A model generated the notes under the pieces. The model made no database searches. It saw only the letters and a list, made by a program, of their open reading frames with translations, and had not been told where the DNA came from. A program made the translations under genes and the position numbers. From the IMG/VR virus record IMGVR_UViG_3300025120_000019: a DNA stretch of 64,000 nt; one strand, given 5' to 3'. Shown here in pieces: positions 11,901-22,500 of the stretch. Positions within the stretch are counted from its first letter, which is position 1. The number at the start of each line of letters is the position of its first letter. The stretch comes from a virus.

Positions 11901-13313
11901 AATAACACAAATGCTACAAGTAGCACAACTGGTGCAGTACAAATTACAGGTGGGTTAAGTACACAACAAGATATCCATGCTGGTAATGATATAACAGCAG
12001 ATAGAGATTTAAAAGCTGATAGAGATGTTGAAGTAAATGGCACAAATATTATTACAGATGAAACAGGTGCTTTCAATGTATTCAATACAAATGCTACAAC
12101 AATAAATGCGTTTGGAGCCGCTACATCAGTTAACATAGGAGCGGCAACAGGTACATTAACTATAAACAACGAGGTTGTAATTGTAGATAGTGTTGCTGGT
12201 TTCCAAATTCCGGTTGGTACCACAGGACAGCGTCCAACAAATGTTACAGGTAGAATTAGATTTAACACTACTACAAATGCATTTGAAGGTTACGATGGTG
12301 TAGCGTGGAATAGCTTAGGTGGTGTAATTGATGTAGATCAAAATACATATATCTTAGCTGAAGATACACCTGGTGCTGATAACAATGAATTAGACTTTTA
12401 TACAGAAGGAACTAAACGGGCAACACTTTCTAACACCGAATTTAATATTGGTACAACAACTATTCTAAATGTACAAAATACTACTGAAAGTACAGATTAT
12501 CAAACCGGCGGATTAGTTGTATCAGGTGGTGCTGGAATAGCTAAAGATTTACACGTACAAGGATTTATAGGTGGTGATAATAGCGGAGTGCTTACACTAG
12601 CCAATGTTGCAAGTGATAAAATATTAATAAAAGCAGATACTATTGAATCTCCTGAATCGTTAAAAATTATTACTAATGCACCGGATAGTGCCGCCGACGA
12701 TGTAGTATATCCAGTTAGTTTAGCACATCATAGTGTTAGTGGATCTCCAACAGTTGGTAGTGGTACAGGACTTAAATTTGAATTAGAAACTTCAAATAAC
12801 AATTTTGAAGTAGGCGGACAAATTGAAGTTACAGCAATTGATATTACTGGTAACCAAGAAGATTTTGATATGGTATTCAAAACAATGGTTAACGGTACAG
12901 CTGGTATTGAAAAATTTAGAATAAGTGACACAACTAGTACATTTACAAATAATGTACAAGTAGATCAAAGCTTATTTGTTACAGGTGTGCTTGATGCTTC
13001 AAGCTTTAGAGGTAGTGTTGTTGCTGATGATAGTACTGAAATTATTGACGCTATTAATAATAAACTTACTGTTGTAAACGGAGCAATAGGAACCTTATCA
13101 TTAACAACTGATTTAGAAGTACAATATGGTGGTACTGGTAGAAGTAGCTTTGTTCCAAACGGTATTGTTTATGGAGATAATACAAGTCAATTGCAAGTTA
13201 CAGAAGCGGCAGGTAGTGCAGATATTAATACATCATTCCAAATGCTAACAGTAACAGATTCAGGCGATGATACTCCAATTTGGACAGACACAATAGACGG
13301 CGGTTCATTTTGA
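2961..13313 (+). CDS. Giant tail-fibre/virion protein (3450 aa): beta-helix-like domain, ~10 helical KCxRD repeats, 6 inserted beta modules, fibre shaft
   Basis: LYVTQDGSDTNDG..ATIKSA..VGPGDYYE pectin-lyase-like start; visible internal repeats; TG(A/S)LxVxGG fibre repeats; C-terminal IDGGSF. Confidence 0.8.
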   Translation: MEFFKRQSLHKRTVGDTSVTLTADGEVLIAPEGAKTRVTGDLIVSGNATGPATTDILYVTQDGSDTNDGKSMGKDGAKATIKSAAASALPGTTIIVGPGDYYESNPITLADFVTIRGAGDLRNTRIFPRNNTQTIFFMGNGCYLHELTFRALRYPGWCVEIRPGARVTTSPYVQNCTNMNGPWLNDGTEFIPFETVQIAGITPGAKPLMLEDYPALSTDKQINDTGGGGGLYVDGNSYDPTSLVFSFVADAFTQISQGGIGFWIDNFGYTQIVSCFSVFCSVGFKATNGGYLSISNSVSDFGLKGIESDGFFPQAYTTARAEQNYFSTVASVTIQTAGAGYTSAPTVVIEAPTLGGGTQATATTSIDATTGKLSAITVQDAGSGYTTTPLITISGGGASAQATAVVNLAKNITIRLNSLRDKPQTGSIVKFEADPTYYYITGNTQINAPFIYDETVCRRDLKRIIDAVTSDIVLGTSFQSQAAGTSYLRSTSTKVLNDQKAPTIYGIEQARDGMKAQTTNLAMEENIDYLFNIITSTISEGDSSIQPDNSNDVAATFNDLQTIDPAKIEAKNNILENREFLVEELSAYINDQFTELSYNQATYTENMTTLIDGIEMFATLESNQQIVRAAEEFELRTRFKPMLLSSFRYLSDKFEALADVQASSIALTNVKEGFNQFMNIIDDGDSSAIVIVFPEHAGVDNNRADAKDQIIANKNFLIAEFKTFLSAEVSGFVYDDAIYTTDLTNILDACIFDVLYGGNSSTVQEAKYYFANGAGGVAFSALAPVNKAALVNAFARLRFVIQRVVRGLAVTPTSGNGVAQNFASNNATQSEADFIDTLIFNIQDMIDNLTLSRLPATLTKPLYTDEPTLQITAGQKILLNRNNFITDAIAYNLANNPTLTYDQDKCRRDVGYIVDAVNRDILLGTNTNSIQAGQAYKRANTAYLNVEQKPATILGLRKAKALGEAAVISSTTIKDAVTARWEDVLNIIENDELPSEGLSYPDPGPATNELIYGVDQVIANKAFLQEELVAYINANNYVYDKDKCKRDTGLIIDAAAYDTLLGTNYNQRVAGLSYQRANSAYLQSNQKTQTIAGINFAKSKSSDATTHSPSQSTVEAAFDEVIDIINNGATSTEQAADPLTFTDPSTATTGQKNARLQLQANRNFIGKEAVAYVNSNYVNYTYDVTKCQRDTGLIIDAVARDVALGTNYSSVTAGLAYSRASALTNKQAQGIQTLNAFQFVRKETLEKGLSDVGEARALAGYNEVIDVFQNGVLSTDVSADAITFTNPTGASQDLIDAKNQLQANREFIAQETLAYVNANNPKYDVSTATYNQTTGDMVLTIGSHSYTTADYIRLGKESLAFSCTYGQGNHTYVGGTASNAVQSGGNYLHTFVSAVTNGVTSNAGNLPNAVTGATYNASTGEMIITSASHLLTTSNTLAIADDALSFTCTMDGNTTTKTYPRSTDPASGATLAISAVTTNTITINVGASPIVNHDVTNATYNYATGIIEMTIGSHSLAVGTSIKIANDALTFTCDADGNATNHTYPRSTDPARDTALSITAKTGTTISVNVGIISSSTSSTKKYPRNNADPAYSANLRITAVASNTVTVNVGPNTTNPTVHTFESATPGAVTTGYNQDKCLRDARYLVDSLSHDILYGGNTAIRTVANSYFDDGTPQLPNSQQKTAIVNAFQHIATNIIGDVVQNITVAPTRTKFTPGAGTTYDPTTGVLKLAVGSHNLQLSDLIKIEPNGVTFSCTYGAGAHTYVGGTVSNAITITAGSVQKDVTNATYDYATGVMELTIGSHSFTTSDTVTIATNSLTFTCDADGNATNHTYPRVGDPAHNTAIAISAVTGTTITVNVGAVGSSSSNKSYPRATDPAIQRSFTPATGTTYNPATGELVLEIGSHSLTTNMQVVIAPNSMVFTCTTDETKPKLYPRRTDPAFQKGLDITAVTATTITMNVGVSSDTNPHTFISAKTNSVTTGLLPITALDATSITVDVGISLTALQAHTWISSIADSVSVGNFTVQDTSNGPASSSEVSALEGDITIVTNAITANNNSGVPAEVTPSVTWASQSIQADYNTIVANKSALQTATTDFITEKYQGYNFNATKCERDTKYIIDALSYDLLYGGNSATIDVAKSYWVGTQTQVADQKEETAVTIDYVGKICDEIIRDKDVDYKWQGVVNQDKTNGAGTIIEVGRVQTLVQIMEDVIENGLDNLPSTTYPDYPQWVDTDVVQGISNLFSQKETIKTETVDYIDATYNGYSYDQAKCKQDTGFLIDAITHDSFYESNIQTLIATRAYFLGSAQYLPSYQVANTVTAYTHLQSVIDDCIQGVAVTKSAGNPLNQTLSGNYGNSTVANTFTGLINITKTAINNQTLVGTPAEIEPNYSWISQATRNACLEFFSQRAYYQTEVINYLNTKVIGFTYNIDKCKRDTGYIIDAAVYDMVYGGDKQTQRAATAYYSGTVLQVTNNAYTDQCEITAYANYYLADIIAKVSINDTVTKSFGNTFNQIQTIPDGSTLIGTATYPGATCELLINRLADSIYNKSVSGWFEREPDLTLGNSIYLTERNTILAAEQTIVDNAISALNLQYGGRFDVNLFPGIISVTTDKLGSLHNVSTVSTSGHAFEYVGAGITYNALPFFGGTAVPSTEIIQSNQGKVFAGGTVDQIGNFRVGDFFGVNALTGSITLNANEIDLSGLTSVGPFIRNGIPVGVELKEVSDNEALVSSLGTQDLNTAPTQRAVSNYVEARYLNKLTGGTVQGNVTLNGNFDVNGSVISTTSTGAFELLNTNATTVNAFGQATAINLGAANGLVTINPDMTVQGALTVNGNLIFTGDVAITIPDEELQAYSITEGTEDYISINTRSGEESVTFGQQPSVIIANTTDSTSKDTGSLIVDGGAGIEKNINVGGSADIDDNLTLGTDRTVNAHTIKGKIDIDIPDSGINNFRIHENLSEYLDIVTTDGSESIKLGTTPKLVVQNNTNATSSTTGAVQITGGLSTQQDIHAGNDITADRDLKADRDVEVNGTNIITDETGAFNVFNTNATTINAFGAATSVNIGAATGTLTINNEVVIVDSVAGFQIPVGTTGQRPTNVTGRIRFNTTTNAFEGYDGVAWNSLGGVIDVDQNTYILAEDTPGADNNELDFYTEGTKRATLSNTEFNIGTTTILNVQNTTESTDYQTGGLVVSGGAGIAKDLHVQGFIGGDNSGVLTLANVASDKILIKADTIESPESLKIITNAPDSAADDVVYPVSLAHHSVSGSPTVGSGTGLKFELETSNNNFEVGGQIEVTAIDITGNQEDFDMVFKTMVNGTAGIEKFRISDTTSTFTNNVQVDQSLFVTGVLDASSFRGSVVADDSTEIIDAINNKLTVVNGAIGTLSLTTDLEVQYGGTGRSSFVPNGIVYGDNTSQLQVTEAAGSADINTSFQMLTVTDSGDDTPIWTDTIDGGSF
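4310..10740 (+). repeat. Tandem ~140-160 aa helical repeats (Y-D/N-xx-K-C-x-R-D-xxx-I-I-D-A) in fibre 1
   Basis: Cys codons at 4329, 5676, 6090, 6519, 7875, 9291, 9771, 10254, plus two Cys-less copies. Confidence 0.85.
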
Positions 13314-13441
13314 TAGCTTGGCATAAAAAACAAATAGAATGGTATAGTGATAAACTAGGTATTGGCTGGTATGGTATAGCTTGGATTGCATTCGCAAAAG
13401 GTATAATACTAACAATTATTATTGACTTTTTGTTGTTCTAG
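13310..13441 (+). CDS. Small membrane protein (43 aa, TTG start; not in ORF track)
   Basis: MIAWHKKQIEWYSDKLGIGWYGIAWIAFAKGIILTIIIDFLLF*; TTGA overlap with upstream stop; hydrophobic C-terminus. Confidence 0.55.
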   Translation: MIAWHKKQIEWYSDKLGIGWYGIAWIAFAKGIILTIIIDFLLF

Positions 13442-13471
13442 ATCTATAAAACACCCACTATTTTAATCCTT

Positions 13472-13479
13472 GATAAATA
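13472..13479 (+). promoter_or_regulatory. T4-like late promoter (GATAAATA)
   Basis: TAAATA core upstream of second giant fibre gene. Confidence 0.6.
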
Positions 13480-13558
13480 CATTTAAGAGCGATTTCTATC
13501 GTAATTAAAATTATGGGCGTCTATATAGACTTGACTCGTACCTAAATAGGAGGCCGTT

Positions 13559-16500
13559 ATGGCAACAAAAATCAAGCATAAGCGTAGTGCGGTTGCTGGG
13601 AAGCAACCAAGTGTATCGCAGTTAGAATCAGGTGAATTAGCTATTAACACCGCAGACGGAAAAGTATACCTTTTGCGTGATGATAATACAGTTCAAGATA
13701 TAACAAAAAGAGTTTTTGAAGGAAATACAGAATTAAAAGTTGATGATTTAGGTGATAGTACGTCAGCCGCAATTACTGCAAGAGTAAATGCTGACGATAA
13801 AATGATAATCACTGATAACGGCATCAATATAAATGATGATGTACAGATTGAAAATGCCAACACACTTACACTTAAAGAATTAACAGGATCTGGTGCAGAC
13901 GGAGTAAGTCTAAAAGCACCTGATACGCTTGACGCTGGATACTCACTAACATTGCCTCCAAATAGTGGTACTATAGGTCAGCTTTTAAAAACAGATGCTA
14001 ATGGAAATTTAAGTTTTACTGATCCTGATATTTTTGGCGGTAATGTTGTCTACGTTTCTAATGAACAAGGTGATGATATAAATGACGGTCAAAGTGCTCC
14101 TGTAAAAACAATTAAACGTGCCTGTCAGATTGCTTCTGGGTTAGTTTATAATACAGACGGCACAACAAATAATAAACGTGTAAACGTTAAAGTTGCTGTT
14201 GGAGATTACACTGAACAAAATCCTATTATTGTTCCAGATAACACAGTTATTAAAGGTGACGGCTTACGTGGATGTATTTTACGTCCAGCAAATGCTAACG
14301 AAGATATGTTACGGGTGCGTAATGCTTGTTACTTTGGTGAAGTTACATTTAGAGACGGTGTAGACGAGAACGGAGTTCCATTAATTACTTTTGATTATGC
14401 TGTTGCTTTTGATGATCCGTTTGATGTAACTGTAGCTAGGGTTGGCTATACAAATATGCCAACTTCTAGACCCTTTATTACTACTTCACCATATATCCAA
14501 AACTGTTCCATACTTTCATTCTTAGGCGGTAACGGAGCAAAAATTGATGGTAGTAAAATTACATCTCCAAACGTTGGACTAGTACCTTCAGAGCAAGAAA
14601 ACCCAGTTGTAGGATCAATACCTGAACAAGGTAAGTCAATGGTTGCTAACGCCTTTACTATTCTGTCCTTCGGCGGTACAGCATGGCGATTAACCAACGA
14701 TGCTTATGCACAGATTGTGTCTTGTTTTGAAATCTTCCTACTAAACGGTGTTTATACACAGTCCGGCGGATATTGTTCTATTACTAACTCCGCTACAAAC
14801 TTTGGTTTGTATGCGTTGAGATCAAGTGGGTATTCACCTAAAGCTTTTGAATTTGATAGAGCATTTGTATCGTCAACAGGTGCTTTTGAAGGATTACAAA
14901 CTTTAAGTGTAGTTGGTATTAATCGTGCTTCACCAGTTGAAGAATTTGTATTAAGATTTAGAGACCCTGATTATAAAACTGCACGTGACTTGTTATTATT
15001 AGCTAAAAATACTATTGCAACTGATACCGTTTCATATATCAATACTCAAATTGCTGGTGCATCTGCAAGCATTTGGGCAGGATATGATTACGATCCACTG
15101 CAAGCAAAATGTGAAAGAGATACAAAATTATTAGTAGATGCTATTAGGTACGACGCGGCGTTTAACACAAATTATAGATCAATTGCATCTGTAATTACAT
15201 ACTTTAATGGACGTCAAACACCAGCAGTATTTGAATCACAAAGACTACAAGAAGTAGATGCTTTTACACAAGCAAAAGCATTTACTACAAATATAACACA
15301 AGATTCCACATATGATGCAAGAGTTAACGCATTATGGGATGAAGTTATTGATATTCTGGAACACTCTGGAACATATACTGCTGGCACAGGTACTTCATAT
15401 AATGCGGCAAGCGGTTCACTTATTTTAAACGTAGGTGCTCACGATTTAACTGTAGGAACCCAGATTGAAATTGCTCCTAACAGCTTATCATTCAGCTGTG
15501 ACTATGGACAAGGTGCTCATACTTATGTAGGTGGTACTGTAACAGATGCAATTACAATTACTTCAGGTAGTGTTAAAAGAGATGTAACTGATGCAACATA
15601 CAATCATGCAACAGGCGTAATGGAACTTACTATAGGTTCACATAGTTTTACAACTAGTGACACAGTAACAATAGAAACAAATTCTTTAACATTTACTTGT
15701 GCGGCTGATAGTAATGCAACAAACCATACCTATCCAAGAGTAGGAGATCCAGCCGACGGAGTTGCAATAGCTATTTCAGCAGTATCCGGTACTACAATAA
15801 CTGTTAATGTAGGAGCAGTTGGCTCGTCAAGTTCTACTAAAACATATCCAAGAGCAGTTAATGCATCTAACGGAGATCCAGATCCGGCATACAAAACTCC
15901 TGTTACAATTACCGCAGTAAATGCAACTACAGTTACAGTAAATATTGGTAACGCAGGATCAGCCGCTTCGTCAGCTCATACTTTTGAAAGTGCTACAGCT
16001 AATTCTATTACAGTTGCAGGTACTGGAACATTTTCAGATCCCACAGGCTATAATACAAGCTACCTTGCAGGCTACGGTAATGCAAGAGCACAATTAATTG
16101 CAAATAGAAAATTTATTGTTGCAGAAATTACAGCCTATGTTAATAATCAAATTGCCGCTGGAACTGCACCATTTTCAAAAACATTTACATATAGTAAAGA
16201 AAAATGTGAAGAAGATATTGGACATTATTTAGATGCATTTTTATATGATTTAACATATGGTGGTAACTTACAAACTATTGATGCCGCTAATCAAAATTTT
16301 ACTAATACAACACAAGCAGGTGGACTTGCTAATAATAGACTATCAGAATATGGCGAAAAAGCACAAACACTTGCCGCTTATGTTAGATTGAAAGAAGTAT
16401 TAGGTCAAATTGTTCAAGAACAAACAGTAACTAAAAGTGGTGGAGGAGTTCATACTTATGTAGGTGGTACTGTAACAAATGCGGTTACTATAACAGCACC

Positions 16501-19500
16501 AAATCAATCAACTGTTCAAAGAGATGTTACAAATGCAACATATGATCCTGATACAGGTCTAAGTGTTATTACTATAGGTTCACACAGTTTTACTACAAGC
16601 GATAAAGCAACAATAGTTACAAATTCATTATCATTTACTTGTGATACAGATGGTAATACTGTAACCAAAACATATCCAAGATCAACTGATCCAGCCGCTG
16701 GCACTGCTTTATCAATAGCATCAGTAACTGGCAATACTATTACTGTAAACATAGGTAAATCTGGAAATACTGTAACACAGGATGTATCAGGTACAGCAGG
16801 CGGATCAGATACCGCAGTTTTTGTACAAGCTAGAATGCAAGAAGTTATAGATTTTATCACAGCAGATGGAGCAACACAACCAACAAAAATTGATCCAGGC
16901 GTTAGCTGGGTTGCACAAGCGTATCAAGATGACTTAATCCGATTAAATGCAGAAGGTCAAAAAAATATTGCACAAAATGTATCTGGATATATCGAAACAC
17001 AAACTGAAGCCGCTAAATGGTATAATTTTGTATACGATTCAGCCAAGTGCTTAAGAGATACAAAATTAATTGTTGAGGCTGTAGCAAAAGATACCTGGGA
17101 TACTGGTAACAGATATTCAAGAAGTGCTGGACTTTCTTATTACACAAAAAATTTAGCAGACTCGTCACAAATTAGTATTAGTGGACAAGAGAGACAAACA
17201 ATTGATGCAATCAAAAAAGCAAGAGATTTAGCATTAACTTATATTACATCAGTATCTGCGGGAACACAAAACTTTGTCTCATCAAGATTTGATATTGTTA
17301 CTACAATTATTAATGATCCTGGTGATTTACCAGATGCACAAGATGTAAGTTCTGAAGGTGATACAACAAACAATTTTAAAACTAATGCTACTGAAAAATC
17401 ATTTAATGCGGCTACAGATGTAAACATAGGTGTTGATGTCATTACTATTACTGGACATGGATTTGCAAATTTACAAAAAGTAATTTATACTGCTAACGGC
17501 AATACACCATTAGGTGGACTAGACGAAGAACAAACATACTACATAAACATAATTAATGACGATGAATTTAAACTTACTTTTGATGAATCTGGAGATTTTC
17601 CAGTCGATATTAGAGTATTAAGCACAGGAAGTCATAAGTTCCTATCAGGAGTAATTGAATTTTTTGTACAAGAGATAACATCTTCGCACACAACATACCA
17701 GCAATTAGAACTAGAGTCTGGATCAGAAAGTTTTGTTTTTACTCCAGGTAAATCGATAGCTGGTACAACAGGTTCAAGTAATAACAGTGCTATTGTTTCT
17801 AGTTGGGAACCAGCAGAACGTAGACTTATTGTAAGTGTTGAACAAGTTGCAGTTGGAAGTAGTTTGTTACGTATTCAATTTGATGCTACAAGTGTTATCA
17901 CAGCAGACCACGCAGGAACTCCAAATGCAAGTATTGGGGTTAATGCCGTTCAAGCAAAAACAGGATTAGGTAGTGCTACATTTTCAGTAAAAGCTACAGA
18001 CGGAAGTAGTAGTTTAACAAATTTAGGCAATTTACCTGAAAGTCAAGTATGGTTCCATAGACCTAGTATTGTTAACTCATCTTCTCACACATGGGAATAT
18101 GCAGGTTCGGGTACAGACTATAACGCACTACCGCAAAACGGTGGTAACACCAAAGCAGAGTTTGAACAGTTTGAAGAACTACCAGGGCGTGTATACTCAT
18201 CAGGTACAAACGAACTTGGTGACTTTAAAGTTGGTGACTTTATTACAGCGTTTAACAGAACAGGTAACATTACATTTAGAAACAAAGTACAGGTGGACGA
18301 ACTTGATGCTTTGAGATTAAGTGTTTCCGATGTTATTATTGAAGAAATTTCAACAAGTGTTAACTTAGGTGATGACGAATTAGGTGGTGCAACTAATACT
18401 AGATTATCAACCCAGTTAGCTGTGAGATCCTTTATTAGTAATAGACTAGGTGGATTTGTTGATAAAACTGTGAGTACTGCGGCAGTACCGGGTGCTATTG
18501 TTCAACTTAATGTTAACGGACAATTAAACGCTGACTTGATTCCTGCTACACGACAGTTTACAAATACAAATACTTTTGGATATCTTTCAAGACTAGATCA
18601 AATTGACGATATACCGGCTGTAGATTTAAAGGCTGGCGATATTGGTACTGAAAACTATGAACAACAAGAATTAACATTAAGTGGAAATATTTCAGCGGCA
18701 GACGGAGCAACAATAACACAACCTACTTCTTTTGGTGCTACAGGCTATGCTAAAGGACTCTATGGTAATAGTGGTAACATTTTGGTTGCAAGTATTACTG
18801 GTGAATGGATTGCGGGTGATGATAGTACAGGGTCACAATGGGCAACAGGCGCTGGAAATAATTTATTTGTAGACGGTGTTGACTCCGGAGTATATCCAAC
18901 TGCACTTGGCGTAGTTAGTGAAATAGTTGATAACTTCTTTATAAAAACATCTAATAGTAGTCAGTTCTTAGTTTTAGATCCTACACCAAATTATACATTT
19001 ACAACCAATGCTATAGCAAATGCGGCTAGAACAAGTAATGTATCTACTATTACAACCAGTGGCGCTCATAATCTACAAATTGGAAATACTGTCAATGTTA
19101 CTATAGCTGATAATTCAACATTTGATGAAAATGCAGTAGTTATTAGTACACCTACTGCAACATCATTTACATATGCAAATGTTGATCCTGATAATGTTGG
19201 TAGTTTTAGTGTAACTAGCGGTACAGTAGGGACAGTTGTAAAAAGTGCTGATGGTGATGCACAAGGTAAAGTTACAGAAACAAGATTTGGTGTAGCAACT
19301 GGTGTTGACAATGCGGCAATTACTGGCGGTAGTTTATATACCCCAACTACCGGAAGTAAAATATACAAAAATATTCCAATGACAGCCGTAACAGGAAGTG
19401 GAACTGGTGCTAGGGCAAATATTACAGTCACAGCAGGACAGATAACAGATGTTGACCTAATAAGAGGTGGTACAGGATATGCGTCAGGCGACGAGCTTGG

Positions 19501-22500
19501 TGCAAGCCCTACAGACATTGGCGGCACAGGTAGTGGTTTTAAAATTGTTTGTACTGCTATTGAAAAACGTATATATGTTGATATTATTGGTGGTGTGTTA
19601 TTTGTTGCAAGTACATCAAGTGTTGACTTTGTTGAAGATAACACAGCTATTGCAAATAAGAAAACAATAAACTTAGATGATAACATTTCTAAAAACTTCT
19701 TAGCTGGTTCATCCGGTGGTAGTGGTAACGTAGACTATACTAATGATAGAATTACAATTACAAACCACGGATTTACAACTGGTGATCCTGTTTCATATGA
19801 CACACTTACAAATGTGCCAATTGGAGGGTTAACAAATACTCAAGTTGTTTATGTAAAAGTTATTGATGCAAATACAATTGAATTGTACGAAGGATTTTCG
19901 TTACTTAACAAAGTAGAGTTCTTAACAACTCCAGCAAATAATAATCATAACCTTACAAGAAAAACTGTTAACATAACTGATAATAGTATTATTGTTGAAG
20001 GACACGGATTTACAACAGGTAACGCACTTAGACTTGTTACCTTGTCAGACGGTAGCTCATCAAATGCATTATTTTCTGTAGGTGGAACAGCTATTGCATC
20101 AGGTTCTAGATTCTTTGTTGGTTCTGTAACAACAAACTCTTTTACATTGCATACGTTAAGATCAGATGCTTTAAGTAGTATTAATGATTTGGTTACTAAT
20201 GCACAAGACATTGACGGTATTGGTGTTGGTAGTGCTGAGGTAATACAACAAAATGTTCAAGTTATTTCGCAAGTAAACTCCTCTAGTAAAACAGTATCTA
20301 ATTGGAATTCACTTGCTGTTACAAATATTGACGCAAGTAACATTATTTCTGGTATAGTATCTCCAAGTAGATTGGGTGGAGCAGGTACTCCTAATAGTGA
20401 TACATTCTTAAGGGGTGATAGTGCATATTCTGTAGTTGTACAAAAATTGAAAAAAGCATCAACCACAGATAATCCAATAACTCTTACAGGTAGTAGCATT
20501 AGTCAAGAATTTTATGGAACAGTAAATGTAGGTGTAAACAATATTGATCTCAATCCTGGTGGAACTTTTAGTACACTTGGAACATCACGATTTTTACAAT
20601 CACAATTTGATGTTGCTTCAGATGCTAGTGGACAAGTTTTTCTTAAGGATGGTGTAATAGATGCTGGTACATTAGATTCACTAGATAGTGCATACTTCTT
20701 GAACCCAGCAAACTTAACATCAGCTGTTCCTGTAAATAGAGGCGGCACAAACTTAACCACATATGCTGTTGGAGATATAATTTATGCTTCAACAACAGGT
20801 ACATTGAATCCGTTAAATATTGGTAGGAAAGACTCTGTTTTAAAAGTATCAGCAACTGGTATACCAGAGTGGGGTACTGCACTTGATCTTGCAGAAGGAT
20901 TAGATGTTGGTGCCGCAAAACTTACTTCGTCAAGCACAGGTGCTGGACAAGTTTATAATGCAAATGTTTCAAGCTTAGAAATTGGTGGCGCCGCAACAAA
21001 TATTGCTTTTGGTAGTACAGCAGATACAAGGAATATATTTACACTACTTGCTAGTTACGAAGCAAACGCAAGCCAATCAGTGGTAGCTAACTTAACCAGT
21101 ATTACTCAAACTACAAATGGTGTTGCGGCAAATGGCGATAAAGAAATTCCATTAACATCAACGACAGGAATATTATCAGGTATGCTTATAACTGGTAGTG
21201 CATCTATTCCGGCAAACACAACAGTAACTGGTGTAACTGAAAACTTTATATATCTAAGTGCAGAAACAACAGGTACTGTAGCATCTGCACTAACATTAAC
21301 TTTTACTTATACACCATTTACATTAGGTATAAACGTTGGTGATACAATTAATGTTGCTTCAAGTACAATAGCAAATCTAGATGGGTCATGGCCTGTAACT
21401 GGTGCTACAGAAAATGCTACATCGTTTACTTTCCAAACAGATGCTAATGTTACAGCATCAAATGGTGATACCCCGGCTGGTGCATTAACTATTGATTCAA
21501 ACTTTGTAGTTAAAAATACAAAGTTTGTGTTAGGAAATGCAGAACACGCAACTACTCCAGAACCTGGAAGACTCTTAGGCACATCTGGTATTGGTACAGA
21601 TAAATCCGGAGGAAGTATTAGTATTGAGGGCGGTTTAGGTACAGGTAACGGAACAGGCGGAGACGTAATTATCAAAACAGGTGATGTTTCAACCACTGGT
21701 GATATTAAGCATACAAGTAAACAGCGTATGAAAATTGATACACAAGGTCATGTAGGAATCGGTGAACATGAGCCGGACACTACATTACATATTAAAGAAA
21801 CAGCTGGAACAGATACTACTTTTACAATGCAACGAGGTGCAAATACTGATAGAAACCAAATTGTATTTGAGCAAGCAGACGGAACGGCTGTTGGCCATAT
21901 TAAGCATGATGCTGGTGGTAATGATATTGTTATTGGTAATTATAACGGATCTGCTATAATAGATAGAATTAAAATTACAGGCACAAATGGTAATGTAGAA
22001 ATTACATCCGACCTAGAAGTAGACGGTGGAGATATTACTACGGATCAGGCTACTTTTAATCTAATTAACACAAATGCTACTAGCGTAAATGCATTTGGAG
22101 CGGCTACTACTATACAAATGGGTACAGGTGGCGATGGTGGTGGATCAACTACAATCGGACATGATTTAGTTGTACAAGGTGATCTAACAGTTAACGGAAG
22201 TCAAACTACTATTAACAGTACAACACTTACAGTTGATGATAAAAATATTGTTATTGCAAGCGGAGCCGCAGATAGTTCAGCGGCAAATGGTGCAGGTATT
22301 ACTATAGATGGTGCAAGTGCTACTTTAACCTGGGATCACGCTAATACTACTTGGGATTCAAATCAAGACTTTAATCTTGCTAGTGGAAAAGAATACTTTA
22401 TAAACGATGCTAGTGTATTAAATGCAACAACATTAGGATCAGCAGTAGTTAATTCCAGTCTACAAACATTAGGCACAATTACTACAGGTGTGTGGAATGG

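Noticed and set aside
6924-16760. Fibre repeats as DGR template/variable repeats or an invertible cassette
   Set aside because: Differences are largely synonymous and not adenine-specific; no reverse transcriptase or invertase in the window
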